From the IMG/VR virus record IMGVR_UViG_3300035696_001272: a DNA stretch of 64,000 nt, one strand, 5' to 3'. The DNA comes from a virus (taxonomy: Duplodnaviria; Heunggongvirae; Uroviricota; Caudoviricetes). Both the position numbers and the translations under genes were made by a program. How positions within the stretch are numbered: position 1 is the stretch's first letter; every line of letters starts with the position of its first letter. Shown here in pieces: positions 39,374 through 50,071 of this stretch. Under the pieces are notes generated by a model. It worked only from the letters and a program-made list of their open reading frames with translations, had not been told where the DNA came from and made no database searches.

Positions 39374-41479
39374 ATGGCTACTGATAGACGCGGGGTAAAT
39401 ATATTCGATCCACCACCAGGTATGTTAAGATCTGGTTCAATAGTGGACTCTTCTGGCTCGAACTTTCGAGTCCAGTTAACGGAGGTATCTGCCTCTAGAG
39501 GAAAGCCCCTTGCTGTATCGGTACCACAAGCATTCCCACTAATAGATAGTACAGGCATGTTTATTGGTGCCTTACCAGCCAAGAATACGCCAGTTACTGT
39601 GGCTCAGAGTTTAGGAGGCCAATATCATTTGGTCAATTATGAGCCAGAAAATGATCAAATCATTCCGAATCTATTACCTGGACAGATGTTGATTCAATCG
39701 ACAGATACATCACGTATTTTATTCGATTCAGACAGTAACATCAATATAGGTTCTGACGCCAATTATATTCATGTCTTTGCCGGTAGTCAAAGATATCCTA
39801 AGATGAATTTGATTACTTTCAATTTCGAGAATGAGAATCATTTTAATCAATCATTTCGTGAAATAGGTGGATTAGTTAAAAGAGATTTGCGCCCCAATCC
39901 ACAAGCGGCTTCCTATAGTGGAAGTACTAAGTTAGAAGATGACAGTTATGACCCTATCTTTTCAATTATAGGATTGGATCCCTCCGCTACAGCTAACGAT
40001 TTAGTAACGGGTTCTACAAAGAATCCTCCGTTCACAGAGCATCGTGAAATGCTATATGAATTTCAGTATCAGTCCAATGTAGATGATGATAAAACTGAAT
40101 CTAATAAGTATACAACCACCGCTCAAAATCTGACTATCTACACTACACCAAATCGTCGCAGCAGTCGTGCCGATACAATGAGTCTAAGCTTGGTCGCTCC
40201 TAACTTCTTGATTGAAGAGGTTAAGGGTACATCTGTTGATATTTTCGGCAACATTCTAGATATTAACAGATTACCAATACCTGTTGGTCTGAGCCCTACT
40301 ACAACTTTACGTACCAACGGTACTGTTGCTACTACCAATGCTCAACAATCATTTCTAAATATCAAGGCGCTAGAGCGAAAGAGTATTGCTTTCCACTGGG
40401 AGCTAAACGCTAGAAAAGATCCAAATCCAACTAATCAAGGCACTGCCCTAAGTATCAATGATGATAACTACAACGCTAAATTACAACGTAGTAGGTTCTT
40501 TATTGATGTGGATAAAGAAGGCCAATTCAAGTTAAACGTTCCAGCTTCCAGTGAAGTTGGTAACGTGCCACTACTGGTCCGCCCTGAGAACTATTCTACT
40601 TTCGCAACCACCGATAATAGCAACCCAAATCAACTTTGGTTCTTGCAGAGTGGCCAACCAACTAGCCAAGACGTTTATGTAGATTCCTTTGCTGCGGCTA
40701 TGACTAGTCCAAGTGGTGCTGCCGTTGGATTCAATACAACATTCCCACACGGCTCCATTACACTAATGGATGCAAACACCAATGCAAATGCTGGACCAAT
40801 TGATCGTATTAGTCAGTTCGTGAATAATAGTCCTTACAACATCAAACATGGAACAGCTTATCACGACGTTTTACAAACAAACCAAGTACAGAGAAGCCCA
40901 GCCACTTTAGGCTATCCAACTGGCACAGTTTCCAACGTAGACCCCAGCTATATTGCCAGCGATCCAGCAACCAATGCTGCTGTAGCCGTTTCTACTATCA
41001 ATGTCTCTGGACCTGGCGCCAATGCAGGCGGTCGTAGCGGCTCTATTAACATGGATGGCTCTTTGGATTTGAACATTGGCGCAAATACTTCAGATAGACA
41101 ATCCTTATGGTTAGATACTGCGGGTGGTGTGGTGGCCAATTTAGGCAGGGATCTAAATCAACGTAGTTTAATGTTGAGTATGAATGGACACGCCTTTATT
41201 CAAATAGGAGGATTTGGTGTAGCTGGAGATGCCAGATTTACATCACTGGGCCAGGATGGAGCGCTTAATGGTATTCTTGATATTAGAATTGTAAACTCTG
41301 GATTCGTTCATTTGATAAGAGTTGACGACCAAGGTTTATTGATTATGACGCCAGGGCGCATCGGCATTCATTCTGGACAGGGCACAACTCTTTCATCCGA
41401 TGGTGATATTGTAATTGATTGTGAAACATTGACTATGCAAGAAAGAGCGCACAAGAAGATATTTGGTGGTTCTAGCTAA
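39374..41479 (+). CDS. Probable baseplate central spike (gp5/gpV-like)
   Basis: N-terminal OB-fold-like segment and C-terminal short beta-strand repeats (LIRVDDQGLLIMTPGRIGIHSGQGTTLSSDGDIVID); follows hub. Confidence 0.6.
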   Translation: MATDRRGVNIFDPPPGMLRSGSIVDSSGSNFRVQLTEVSASRGKPLAVSVPQAFPLIDSTGMFIGALPAKNTPVTVAQSLGGQYHLVNYEPENDQIIPNLLPGQMLIQSTDTSRILFDSDSNINIGSDANYIHVFAGSQRYPKMNLITFNFENENHFNQSFREIGGLVKRDLRPNPQAASYSGSTKLEDDSYDPIFSIIGLDPSATANDLVTGSTKNPPFTEHREMLYEFQYQSNVDDDKTESNKYTTTAQNLTIYTTPNRRSSRADTMSLSLVAPNFLIEEVKGTSVDIFGNILDINRLPIPVGLSPTTTLRTNGTVATTNAQQSFLNIKALERKSIAFHWELNARKDPNPTNQGTALSINDDNYNAKLQRSRFFIDVDKEGQFKLNVPASSEVGNVPLLVRPENYSTFATTDNSNPNQLWFLQSGQPTSQDVYVDSFAAAMTSPSGAAVGFNTTFPHGSITLMDANTNANAGPIDRISQFVNNSPYNIKHGTAYHDVLQTNQVQRSPATLGYPTGTVSNVDPSYIASDPATNAAVAVSTINVSGPGANAGGRSGSINMDGSLDLNIGANTSDRQSLWLDTAGGVVANLGRDLNQRSLMLSMNGHAFIQIGGFGVAGDARFTSLGQDGALNGILDIRIVNSGFVHLIRVDDQGLLIMTPGRIGIHSGQGTTLSSDGDIVIDCETLTMQERAHKKIFGGSS

Positions 41480-41536
41480 AATAAAATGAAACAATTGAAT
41501 AAGGGGATCCTAATAACTTGGATATATAAATAAACA

Positions 41537-43666
41537 ATGTCACCATGTTCAGCGAATGACGTATCATTCCCATCACCTTCAGGTCCATCAGGTCCAGCAA
41601 TTCCACCATTTGGTGTGCCATTTGCTACGCCACCCATTTCTACGCTACCATTCCCAGCTGGATTCCCTGAAGACTTATTAGCTATTCTTAATGAATTACA
41701 ATTAATAATTCCTCCTGGTACATTAAACCCCGCCCTTAATCCAAATTTCGGGAAAGATATTTTCGATGGTATCATGAAATTGCTTGATCAATTCATGCCA
41801 TTCTTGATGCTCTATAAATTCTTCTTGCCAGTTCTAAATCTTATCATATGTATTATCGAAGTTTTATGCGCTTTAATGAATCCATTCGCACTCATCAGCG
41901 CTATCGATAGATTATTTACACAATGCATTCCAGAGTTCCTTAATTTGTTCCCGCAGTTTGCATTGATTGTAATGATTATCTCTATTTTAATCTTATTGTT
42001 ACAACTGATTTTATACATCATTGATCAAATTGTACTATTTGTTAACGCTCTTCTAAAGAACATCAACGCTCTTGTTTTGGCTTTCCAAACGGCTAACGCT
42101 ACCAGCGTAGCTTCCACGGCTAAGAAGCTATCTTCGCTTCTATGTGTTTTCCAAAACATGTTTACTATCTTATCTTTCTTCGATGTTATCATCTCTGTCT
42201 TTAAAGATATTTTAGGCTTACTCTTCTCTATTCCGCCGTGTGAAAGCGGCAGCAATAGCAACTGTTGTTCACCTACAACTTGCCCAGCAATTGTACAGAC
42301 TCAATACACGAATACAACGGGAACGTTCCAGTACCTACCGGAAGCTGGTTTCTTAACTTCATTGCCTGGCGGATTTAACATAGACATAAGAAGTGAGAGT
42401 TGGCAACTTTTCGATGCCGATCAAACTATTCCTCAACAGTTTTGGAACATTGTTGATGGATATGATGTTACAACTACACCAAAGCCTATCTTCTTCCCAA
42501 CTGATGCAAGCTATTCGGCTCAAACTTCTCCAATGCAAGCCGCATACACGCTTGATTTAAGATTATTCTATAATCCAGTACAATGGGGTAGAACCGGGAC
42601 TGCTCAATACATTAGATTCAAAGACTGTATAATGCAGAAGGTCCCAACTCAAGATCTTCAAAATTATAATAACAGTAACGTATCGGAGCCAACTGGTGTT
42701 GTTTACTTAGTTGGAGGTTTGGGTTATTTGGATGATGGTGTCACAGAACTAACTGGTTTCGCATCAGACGGTGTAACTCCAATTACAGATCAGGCAACAC
42801 TGGAAAACTTCGTTCATATGCCAGGACAATTCTCATTGATTCCTACATTGAATCCAACAGATGGTTATACTTTCCAGGATATGACTTATACATTCAAGCC
42901 AAACCTACCAGTCTTGCTTCAAAAGAACTTGGTAACTTTAGGTTGTCAGCCAGCCGTTGCACTTAGCAAGGCTTTCGTGAACAACGTTTTGTTTGCGAAC
43001 GTCGCTACACAAACTGCTAATTTGCAAGCTATAACGTTCCCAGATCCAGCAGCAGCTCAACAGTGTTTGTTAGCTGCCGTATCTGGTCTACGTGCCAATA
43101 TGACAACGACTGGTGTGGCTGATTTCCAGGCATCTTCAACTGTCTGTCTGAATAAGTTACAAACTGATACTGTAAATGCTCTTGGTGCAGTTATTAGTGC
43201 AGGCTTCAATCCTTGTGAAAGCAACTTCACATTAACTCCATCAACACAATTCACTACCAAATCAATCCTCGTTACCGTTAACCTGAACGAAAATAATGGA
43301 TTGCCAATTACGTCAAATATTCCGGCCGCTACAGGACAGATATTGGCTAATCAAATAAAGGCGTATCCAACATTTGGTAATGTAACTAACTTCTCATACG
43401 ACGGCTATCAAGCATTTACGGCTCAAATTACTAGCACCGAAGCAGGCAGTGGTACCATAATGGTTTCTTTCCAGAATCAGATATTGTGCACTAATACAAT
43501 ACCAACAGATGGTTCTTCTCCAACTCATACACTACAAGAACTACCATATACATTCGTCTTCGCTCCATCTATCCTACCACCAACTGGTGAGGGTGATACT
43601 CCAGGTGCACCAAGAAGAGATGCTGGTGATTTGGCTAGGGACAGCTCAAATAATGGTGGTGATTAA
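41537..43666 (+). CDS. Baseplate-region protein with long hydrophobic helical segment, 709 aa
   Basis: Pro-rich N-terminus, about 150-aa Leu/Ile/Phe-rich region, Cys-rich linker, beta-rich C-half; 3 DGY. Confidence 0.6.
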   Translation: MSPCSANDVSFPSPSGPSGPAIPPFGVPFATPPISTLPFPAGFPEDLLAILNELQLIIPPGTLNPALNPNFGKDIFDGIMKLLDQFMPFLMLYKFFLPVLNLIICIIEVLCALMNPFALISAIDRLFTQCIPEFLNLFPQFALIVMIISILILLLQLILYIIDQIVLFVNALLKNINALVLAFQTANATSVASTAKKLSSLLCVFQNMFTILSFFDVIISVFKDILGLLFSIPPCESGSNSNCCSPTTCPAIVQTQYTNTTGTFQYLPEAGFLTSLPGGFNIDIRSESWQLFDADQTIPQQFWNIVDGYDVTTTPKPIFFPTDASYSAQTSPMQAAYTLDLRLFYNPVQWGRTGTAQYIRFKDCIMQKVPTQDLQNYNNSNVSEPTGVVYLVGGLGYLDDGVTELTGFASDGVTPITDQATLENFVHMPGQFSLIPTLNPTDGYTFQDMTYTFKPNLPVLLQKNLVTLGCQPAVALSKAFVNNVLFANVATQTANLQAITFPDPAAAQQCLLAAVSGLRANMTTTGVADFQASSTVCLNKLQTDTVNALGAVISAGFNPCESNFTLTPSTQFTTKSILVTVNLNENNGLPITSNIPAATGQILANQIKAYPTFGNVTNFSYDGYQAFTAQITSTEAGSGTIMVSFQNQILCTNTIPTDGSSPTHTLQELPYTFVFAPSILPPTGEGDTPGAPRRDAGDLARDSSNNGGD

Positions 43667-45492
43667 TGGCTACTGATACACCACAGACAAATTTCCAAAG
43701 TAATCAAAACTTTGACCCTGACGTAAGACAAATGTACAAACATTTCGTAACTGGTGGTGCCACTGTTGGTGACAACGAACAGGGCCAGAATGTTGGTATC
43801 GATGATTTACGAGGACAAATTAGCGTCAGCGTAACCAGTCAAAATACCAAAAACCTACTCGCCGCTCTAAATATCAGTCCCACATCAGAAACTCCAGCTC
43901 CCACCACTAACACTTCAACTCCTGTGCAATCAGTGCAGGAAAGTAGATGTCATACTTTCTACAGGATTATAGGTTTTCCAGTGGTCTCTCAGGATCAGGC
44001 TACCTTTTATAATCCAGGATTTGATAGTATCAAGGGAGTTAATATCACTCGTAAGATTACTCTTGCTACAAAGATTATGATTGCTGGTAACGTTGGCTCA
44101 GCCTTTGAGGCTATTTCGCAGGCCCGTGAGACTTATGCGGCCGGTACCTCGCAGATATTTTCTGTACCAGAATCAGTGGAGGCTGGTGTTTTGGCATTAA
44201 CTTCCGGCACATATGGTAGTAATGGTAACGTTAACATTCGTAAATTTGCTCAACCATTTTTACAGAGTACGTATGCGTTCGATTTCAATGTAAACAATCA
44301 ATCATATGCTGCTCCTGGTGATATTCTATCTACCACAAGTTTGGTAGGGGACAAAGAAATTACATTAGCAGATTATCAGGATGCTACCGGCGTTAAACCA
44401 AATCCTGGTGCTGGTGGATACAAAATATTGCTCCAACATAGACACATTATCAAACCATTCATGGTGGATCCAAGAATTGACTTCAGTGTCTGGACTGCTG
44501 AATCCAAGACTGCTCCCGGAATAGCCAAGAGAATAGCAGTTCCCTTCGTACCAAACGCCAGTTATTTGAAAACCAGCGATACTGGTACTGCCGAGAGACC
44601 ATTGCTAGAAAAAGTTATTACGGAAAGATTCTCTAGCTTTAACACCGCTACAGATGCTGGTATGGCAACAGCTGATTTGATAAGTTATGTTCAAAACTTC
44701 AAAACCATTCAAAGCATCAATATAGGTAGCACACCAATCAGTAACATTTTCACCAATAGCGCGTTCAAAGTATCTCAGCAACAATCATTTGCACAATATC
44801 TATCAACTATACAAGCGCTGATGTTTAAACTGGTAGATTCTATGCGTATTATACATGCTAGACAGGGCAGCTATTACTGGCTACCAATCCCATCCATTAG
44901 TGGTCCAGAGGGTGGTTCAACCGTAAGAAGTGTGCCACTTAATTCAAATGTCTCCACAGACCTGATGACCATTAATGATTTTGATATTATTAACAATCAG
45001 GCACAAGTAATATTGTCCAGCCTAACACCCACTATTGCAACATCCACATCTACTCCAGATGCGGGCGGGTACGCCTTCTCCAACTACAAGCTGACTTTTG
45101 ACACAAGCACTTCAGATTCAGTGGGTGACTTGAGCACCAGAACGCAAAACAATCTAAATACACAAAGAAATCGACTACTAAGTCAGGCAAGTGATGCTCT
45201 CCAAATTGTGGAAATGATTATGGGCGAGTTTAGTGGTTTGGGACTGGCTGATATTGTAGCTGTTATGGGCGCCCTTTATGTTATGCCAGCTACAGACCTT
45301 TTAGGATTTTTAGACGATGATGCCATCGTTCGTGCAGAAACAGTTTTGGGGCAGCAATCAGGCTCTTTGCAGTCACAAAGACCGAACATTGCAGATGCTA
45401 TGGCTTCCTTGGCCAATACGGTCAATGCTTTTTATCAGATTATGGACCAGGTATTTCAGGATTATCTGAACAATAACGCCCTGAACCTTTAA
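43666..45492 (+). CDS. Hypothetical baseplate-region protein, 608 aa
   Basis: TAATG overlap with upstream gene; no motif recognised. Confidence 0.65.
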   Translation: MATDTPQTNFQSNQNFDPDVRQMYKHFVTGGATVGDNEQGQNVGIDDLRGQISVSVTSQNTKNLLAALNISPTSETPAPTTNTSTPVQSVQESRCHTFYRIIGFPVVSQDQATFYNPGFDSIKGVNITRKITLATKIMIAGNVGSAFEAISQARETYAAGTSQIFSVPESVEAGVLALTSGTYGSNGNVNIRKFAQPFLQSTYAFDFNVNNQSYAAPGDILSTTSLVGDKEITLADYQDATGVKPNPGAGGYKILLQHRHIIKPFMVDPRIDFSVWTAESKTAPGIAKRIAVPFVPNASYLKTSDTGTAERPLLEKVITERFSSFNTATDAGMATADLISYVQNFKTIQSINIGSTPISNIFTNSAFKVSQQQSFAQYLSTIQALMFKLVDSMRIIHARQGSYYWLPIPSISGPEGGSTVRSVPLNSNVSTDLMTINDFDIINNQAQVILSSLTPTIATSTSTPDAGGYAFSNYKLTFDTSTSDSVGDLSTRTQNNLNTQRNRLLSQASDALQIVEMIMGEFSGLGLADIVAVMGALYVMPATDLLGFLDDDAIVRAETVLGQQSGSLQSQRPNIADAMASLANTVNAFYQIMDQVFQDYLNNNALNL

Positions 45493-45509
45493 TCTGATGA
45501 TTTACCTAA

Positions 45510-45520
45510 TAATTTTGCAT
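45510..45520 (+). promoter_or_regulatory. Putative late-promoter motif TAWWT-N3-CAT
   Basis: TAATTttgCAT 15 nt upstream of ATG 45536, before GGAG RBS. Confidence 0.55.
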
Positions 45521-45535
45521 TAAGGTGGAGTCGGT

Positions 45536-45967
45536 ATGTCTTTTGACTTAAAAATTATAAATGGAGACCTTGTTATCAACCAGGGCGATCTTCAGACGGT
45601 AAAAGATAGCGAAAAGCTTATCCAGGACATCCTTAAAATTTGTTTAACGGATGTTGGAAGCAACCCTTTGCATCCATCTTACGGTTCATATTTGTCGAGA
45701 TCAGTTATCGGAAATCCACAAAGTACTAGTGTAATAGTCCAAGTTGCCACTTCTCAGTTAAATACTTGTTTAACAAATCTACAGTATTTGCAGCAATTAC
45801 AGATAAAATCTTTTCAAAAAGTAAGTGCTGATGAACAACTTGCAGCTATTTTAGGTATATCTGTAGTAAGGAGTTCTTTTGATCCGAGACTTTTCAACGT
45901 GAAGGTCAAATGTATTACTAAGGGCTTCCAACCAGTTTCAACTGCTTTTAGCATATCAACAATCTAA
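45536..45967 (+). CDS. Baseplate wedge/sheath initiator (gp25/gpW-like)
   Basis: DLKIINGDLVI...KLIQDILKICLTDVGSNPLHPSYGS; directly upstream of baseplate J-like gene. Confidence 0.82.
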   Translation: MSFDLKIINGDLVINQGDLQTVKDSEKLIQDILKICLTDVGSNPLHPSYGSYLSRSVIGNPQSTSVIVQVATSQLNTCLTNLQYLQQLQIKSFQKVSADEQLAAILGISVVRSSFDPRLFNVKVKCITKGFQPVSTAFSISTI

Positions 45968-45976
45968 GGATAGCTC

Positions 45977-48900
45977 ATGGTTACGATTCGTTCGGTAAAT
46001 GAAATCATCTCTAACCTGATAGATTTTTTCAGGATGGCTCAGCCTGATTTGGACACCAAACCAGGAACAGTAGCTAGAGATTTATTCATTGAAGGACCAT
46101 CTTCCCAATTATCACTTCTGTATGATGAATTGCAGGGAGTCTCAAATAAGCAATCCCTTAGACTAGTTGTTGGTACCGACTTGGATAAGTTGGGTAAAAA
46201 CTTTGGTTTGATTAGAAAGCAAGCCACACCATCTACAGGTGTAGCACTACTCACATTTTCTTCCCTTAGTGCTGCCGTCAACGTTAATGCTGGAGCACCA
46301 GTTTACACAGATGGTGGCTTGAGCTTCACTGTATCTAGTGGACTTTCTCTGGTACCTTCCAACATTAATTTTTATCGTTCGGTTGCTACTAAATTTGCGG
46401 CTCAATTAGCTTTCGTAGGAATCACAGATCAATATGCTGTGGAAGTAACGGTTACAGCGTCATCTCCAGGATCTTCCGGTAATATTGGCCAGTATACTTT
46501 AACAAAGGTCAATATTCCAGGTATAAGTAACGTAACTAACGTGGCTAACTTTGCAGGTGGTACAGACCAGGAAACTGATGCCGCTTTCAGAAATCGTATC
46601 CTATCGACTTTTAGCGGTTCCAGTGTTGGAACCAGCTTGGGCTATCTGAACGCAGCCCTGAGCGTAACTGGAGTCCAGGACGCAGTGGTTATTGGCCCAG
46701 GTAACCCATTGATGACGCGTGACGGAACTGTCACTGAGGTTATTAACGGAACACTAACTATTGTTTCCGAAGGTTCTGGTGGAAAGGTAGACGTTGTTAT
46801 TCTGGGAGCAAATGATGTTTCCAATACAGACACCTTTATTTACCAAGACAAAAGCAACGATAACGATCCAACCAGCCCAAAGAACAATTTCGTACTTGGA
46901 CAGTTAGCATCAAATGCCAACCTAACAATTAACCAGCGAAGAATAACTGATATTCAAAACGGCCAATTGCCAAGTCAACCTGTTGATTCTATAATTCAAG
47001 TCACTGGTTCACAGAGCGGATCTAACTTCGTAGAATTCAGTGTAGATGGTTATGGACGTGGTTCTGGTAACTATGAATTAGTCAAGGATACAGGCGTATA
47101 TGGTGGAAGTCCGTTTGGCTTTGATACATTTGTTTGGAAGAGCAATCAAATAGACTTTCAGGAAGACCTGATCAAAGGTCAGACAAACGGTCAAGACGCT
47201 ACAACTTTCACGCAGGTTTTACAGATTACCGACGCCCAGCAACAATTGGGTATCACAAACGAAAACAGTACAGTTACCAGCGATCGATCGATCATTCAAT
47301 TGCTGCACACTCCAGCCACTAACGTTACCAGAGTATTTAATACAAATACAGGTGAAAGATACATTATCACCAACCAAAACTTGGATGCCACTACACCTTA
47401 CAATAACACTGGCAGAATCCAAATCTCAGGAAATACCCTGCCTTCTCCAAGTAATGTATTACAGGTAGATTATACTTGGATAGTGGATTACGATAGATAT
47501 TCTGATTTTGACGGCCTGGTCGATACTCAAAATCCAAGACCAGTTACCGATAGCGTTGACTGGGGATATCCTTCTGCTATTCGAAATGAAGTAGTAGAAT
47601 TTACTGTCAGCCCAGGCAATAATTTCTTCATTGGAACTACTAGCCATCCGGTAGATACTATTATTTCTGCCAACACTTTCTTGGAAGTTGATGGGTACGT
47701 TCAGACGGTGCCTTCTGGTATTTATGTCAACCGTATGTCCGTGGTAATTAGTAATTTGGCCATACCAACCAACACCGTTAATTCTGTTACTTGGAATAAC
47801 TCCAATGTTGAATTATACGATACGGCCCAAAACAATGGAATCTTCTCCAGTGTGGCAGAGGTTGTTGGTATCGAGGTGCTTTACAATACAACTATCATTT
47901 TGCCAACAGATACTGTAGCTCAAAATGGAGATAAGGTTACCGCATATCTAAATGTTACCAACGTGTTCCAGTCCACTACAGCTCAGGGAAGCAGCAACGG
48001 TACACAAGTTACTATTCCAGCTTCATTGATTGACACGACTGCTGATAGGCTCAATTTGGAGGTTATCTATATAGCTAATGTTAACGATCTGTTTTCAGCA
48101 GTCACACCATCTTTGCCAGCAAGTCGTATCGGAAATGGTTATGTGCTCAATGATAACAATGGATTCAATAACTTTAGCATTGTAAACACTTTTAGACGCG
48201 AGAATCAAGTTGTTCAGCTGAATCTGAGCAACCAATTTTATGTGGAACTTAATCTTTCTACGTCTGATTATATGTTATCCGCAGATCAGGTACTATCAGT
48301 TATCAGACTATCAGATGGTAAAGAATTATGGAACCCAGATAATGAAGGCCAAGTAGTCAATGGTATAGATGGCAACTTTCAGTTAATTTTTACTGGATTT
48401 AATACCCCAGCTACTGCTGATAGAGTTTTGGTTATTTATCAAGCCACAGATATAAGAAGATTTCAGCCTTTCAGCTTTAGTAATCAAGTTATCAAGACCT
48501 ATATTAATCAGCTGGGATTTGATTCTGCCACTAACAGCTTCACTATTCCATTAGTCACCTTCACCTCTCAAGCTAGTGGACTTAATTTTGAAGTAGTAGA
48601 TGAAAACAGTGATACAGTTTATTTCAGCGTAACTGATGGCTACCTAACACCTATCAGCCCTACGCAGGCTACTTTGAACAGTCTAAAGGTAGTTTTCTCT
48701 TCTCTTCCAGATTTAACCAATAAGAAAGTCAAAATTACTGGAGCTACTACTCCTAACAATGATGGTTACTATGATATTACGGGCTACAACGTTAATACCA
48801 ACAACATCACCATTACTCTTACCTTGAATCATATCACGGCCGATCAGATTTCAGTAATTAGATTGTTGGATGGACAAGAGGTATGGAACTACACTGGAAC

Positions 48901-50071
48901 TATTGATCAGACCAATGATAGGTTATTGATACCCAAGACGCCTAATGCAGCAACTGGTGACACGGTATTCGTCATGTACTTTAACTTCAACAATTTACGT
49001 GAAGCACCAACTCGTATCATCGGTACCACTTTGGATCAAGTCATCAATACTGGAGTCATTTCAATAGCTGGAACCACCATGGCATTGGCCGAAAACGTAA
49101 TTTTCACAGCCACTTCCACGGGCCTTCAACAAGATTTGCAACAGGCTTTGCGTACAGCTTTGAATCTCAACTCCACGGCTAGCCTACCAACCAATGTTAG
49201 AATAGCCAAAATTGTTTCAATGGAGAAGGTAGCTACTTATAGCCCAGGTAGCAGTATTGTATTAGAAACTCTAGCTACTTACGACACAATTGGAACAACT
49301 ATCGCCAACAACTTGTATTTTTCAAACACGATGTTGTCCAATCCTAGTTTGTCAGCCACTGAATTCATTTTGCCAAGCACCACCAACAATACTATGGTTG
49401 TGCCTACAAATAATCTACCAACACTGGGAGATCAAATTCAAATAACCTTCTATTATACAACTGATAATGATTCTGAAAATCTATCATATACTAGAATTGG
49501 TTCGTTATATACTGATAAGAAGTTTGCCCTTATTAACCAAATTTATGTAAGCAGTGGTTTCCAAACTTCCACCTCAACTAAGTTTACTGCAACTTCGTTT
49601 ACAAAACCAAGTGTGGGCGCTAGGTATACAGTTTTCTATGACTATCTAGCTCCAAAACAAAACGAAAGAATTCTAATACAGTACAACTACAATCAATTGA
49701 TATCAACCGCTACTTTTACTGTAGAAAATAGCCGCCCAATCAATGCCGATGTACTTGTTAGAGCAGCCAAGCTAGTTCAACTCAATCTGACCATGAACGT
49801 GGTTATCGATCAGAGCTTCTTGAGTACCCAAACAACTGTGCTTCAGAATTTGCGTAATCAATTGGTGTCGGCTTTAACCAGCACTACTTTGGGCCAAACT
49901 ATAGACCAAATTACACTTATCAATATAGCACAAGGTGTTCAGGGTATAGATAGAGCAAGAATACTAGCTTTCAATGTTGCGGGTGAGTCCGGACAGGTTC
50001 TCAGCATCACTGCCAATGAAGACCAGTACTTCCAGCCACTTACCATAACCATCAACACCGAATCCATATGA
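45977..50071 (+). CDS. Baseplate J-like (gp6-like) wedge protein with large insertion, 1364 aa
   Basis: GTVARDL, LDKLGKNFGLIRKQAT, GSSGNI, VTN..NFAGGTDQETDAAFRNRI signatures; 4 DGY. Confidence 0.88.
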   Translation: MVTIRSVNEIISNLIDFFRMAQPDLDTKPGTVARDLFIEGPSSQLSLLYDELQGVSNKQSLRLVVGTDLDKLGKNFGLIRKQATPSTGVALLTFSSLSAAVNVNAGAPVYTDGGLSFTVSSGLSLVPSNINFYRSVATKFAAQLAFVGITDQYAVEVTVTASSPGSSGNIGQYTLTKVNIPGISNVTNVANFAGGTDQETDAAFRNRILSTFSGSSVGTSLGYLNAALSVTGVQDAVVIGPGNPLMTRDGTVTEVINGTLTIVSEGSGGKVDVVILGANDVSNTDTFIYQDKSNDNDPTSPKNNFVLGQLASNANLTINQRRITDIQNGQLPSQPVDSIIQVTGSQSGSNFVEFSVDGYGRGSGNYELVKDTGVYGGSPFGFDTFVWKSNQIDFQEDLIKGQTNGQDATTFTQVLQITDAQQQLGITNENSTVTSDRSIIQLLHTPATNVTRVFNTNTGERYIITNQNLDATTPYNNTGRIQISGNTLPSPSNVLQVDYTWIVDYDRYSDFDGLVDTQNPRPVTDSVDWGYPSAIRNEVVEFTVSPGNNFFIGTTSHPVDTIISANTFLEVDGYVQTVPSGIYVNRMSVVISNLAIPTNTVNSVTWNNSNVELYDTAQNNGIFSSVAEVVGIEVLYNTTIILPTDTVAQNGDKVTAYLNVTNVFQSTTAQGSSNGTQVTIPASLIDTTADRLNLEVIYIANVNDLFSAVTPSLPASRIGNGYVLNDNNGFNNFSIVNTFRRENQVVQLNLSNQFYVELNLSTSDYMLSADQVLSVIRLSDGKELWNPDNEGQVVNGIDGNFQLIFTGFNTPATADRVLVIYQATDIRRFQPFSFSNQVIKTYINQLGFDSATNSFTIPLVTFTSQASGLNFEVVDENSDTVYFSVTDGYLTPISPTQATLNSLKVVFSSLPDLTNKKVKITGATTPNNDGYYDITGYNVNTNNITITLTLNHITADQISVIRLLDGQEVWNYTGTIDQTNDRLLIPKTPNAATGDTVFVMYFNFNNLREAPTRIIGTTLDQVINTGVISIAGTTMALAENVIFTATSTGLQQDLQQALRTALNLNSTASLPTNVRIAKIVSMEKVATYSPGSSIVLETLATYDTIGTTIANNLYFSNTMLSNPSLSATEFILPSTTNNTMVVPTNNLPTLGDQIQITFYYTTDNDSENLSYTRIGSLYTDKKFALINQIYVSSGFQTSTSTKFTATSFTKPSVGARYTVFYDYLAPKQNERILIQYNYNQLISTATFTVENSRPINADVLVRAAKLVQLNLTMNVVIDQSFLSTQTTVLQNLRNQLVSALTSTTLGQTIDQITLINIAQGVQGIDRARILAFNVAGESGQVLSITANEDQYFQPLTITINTESI

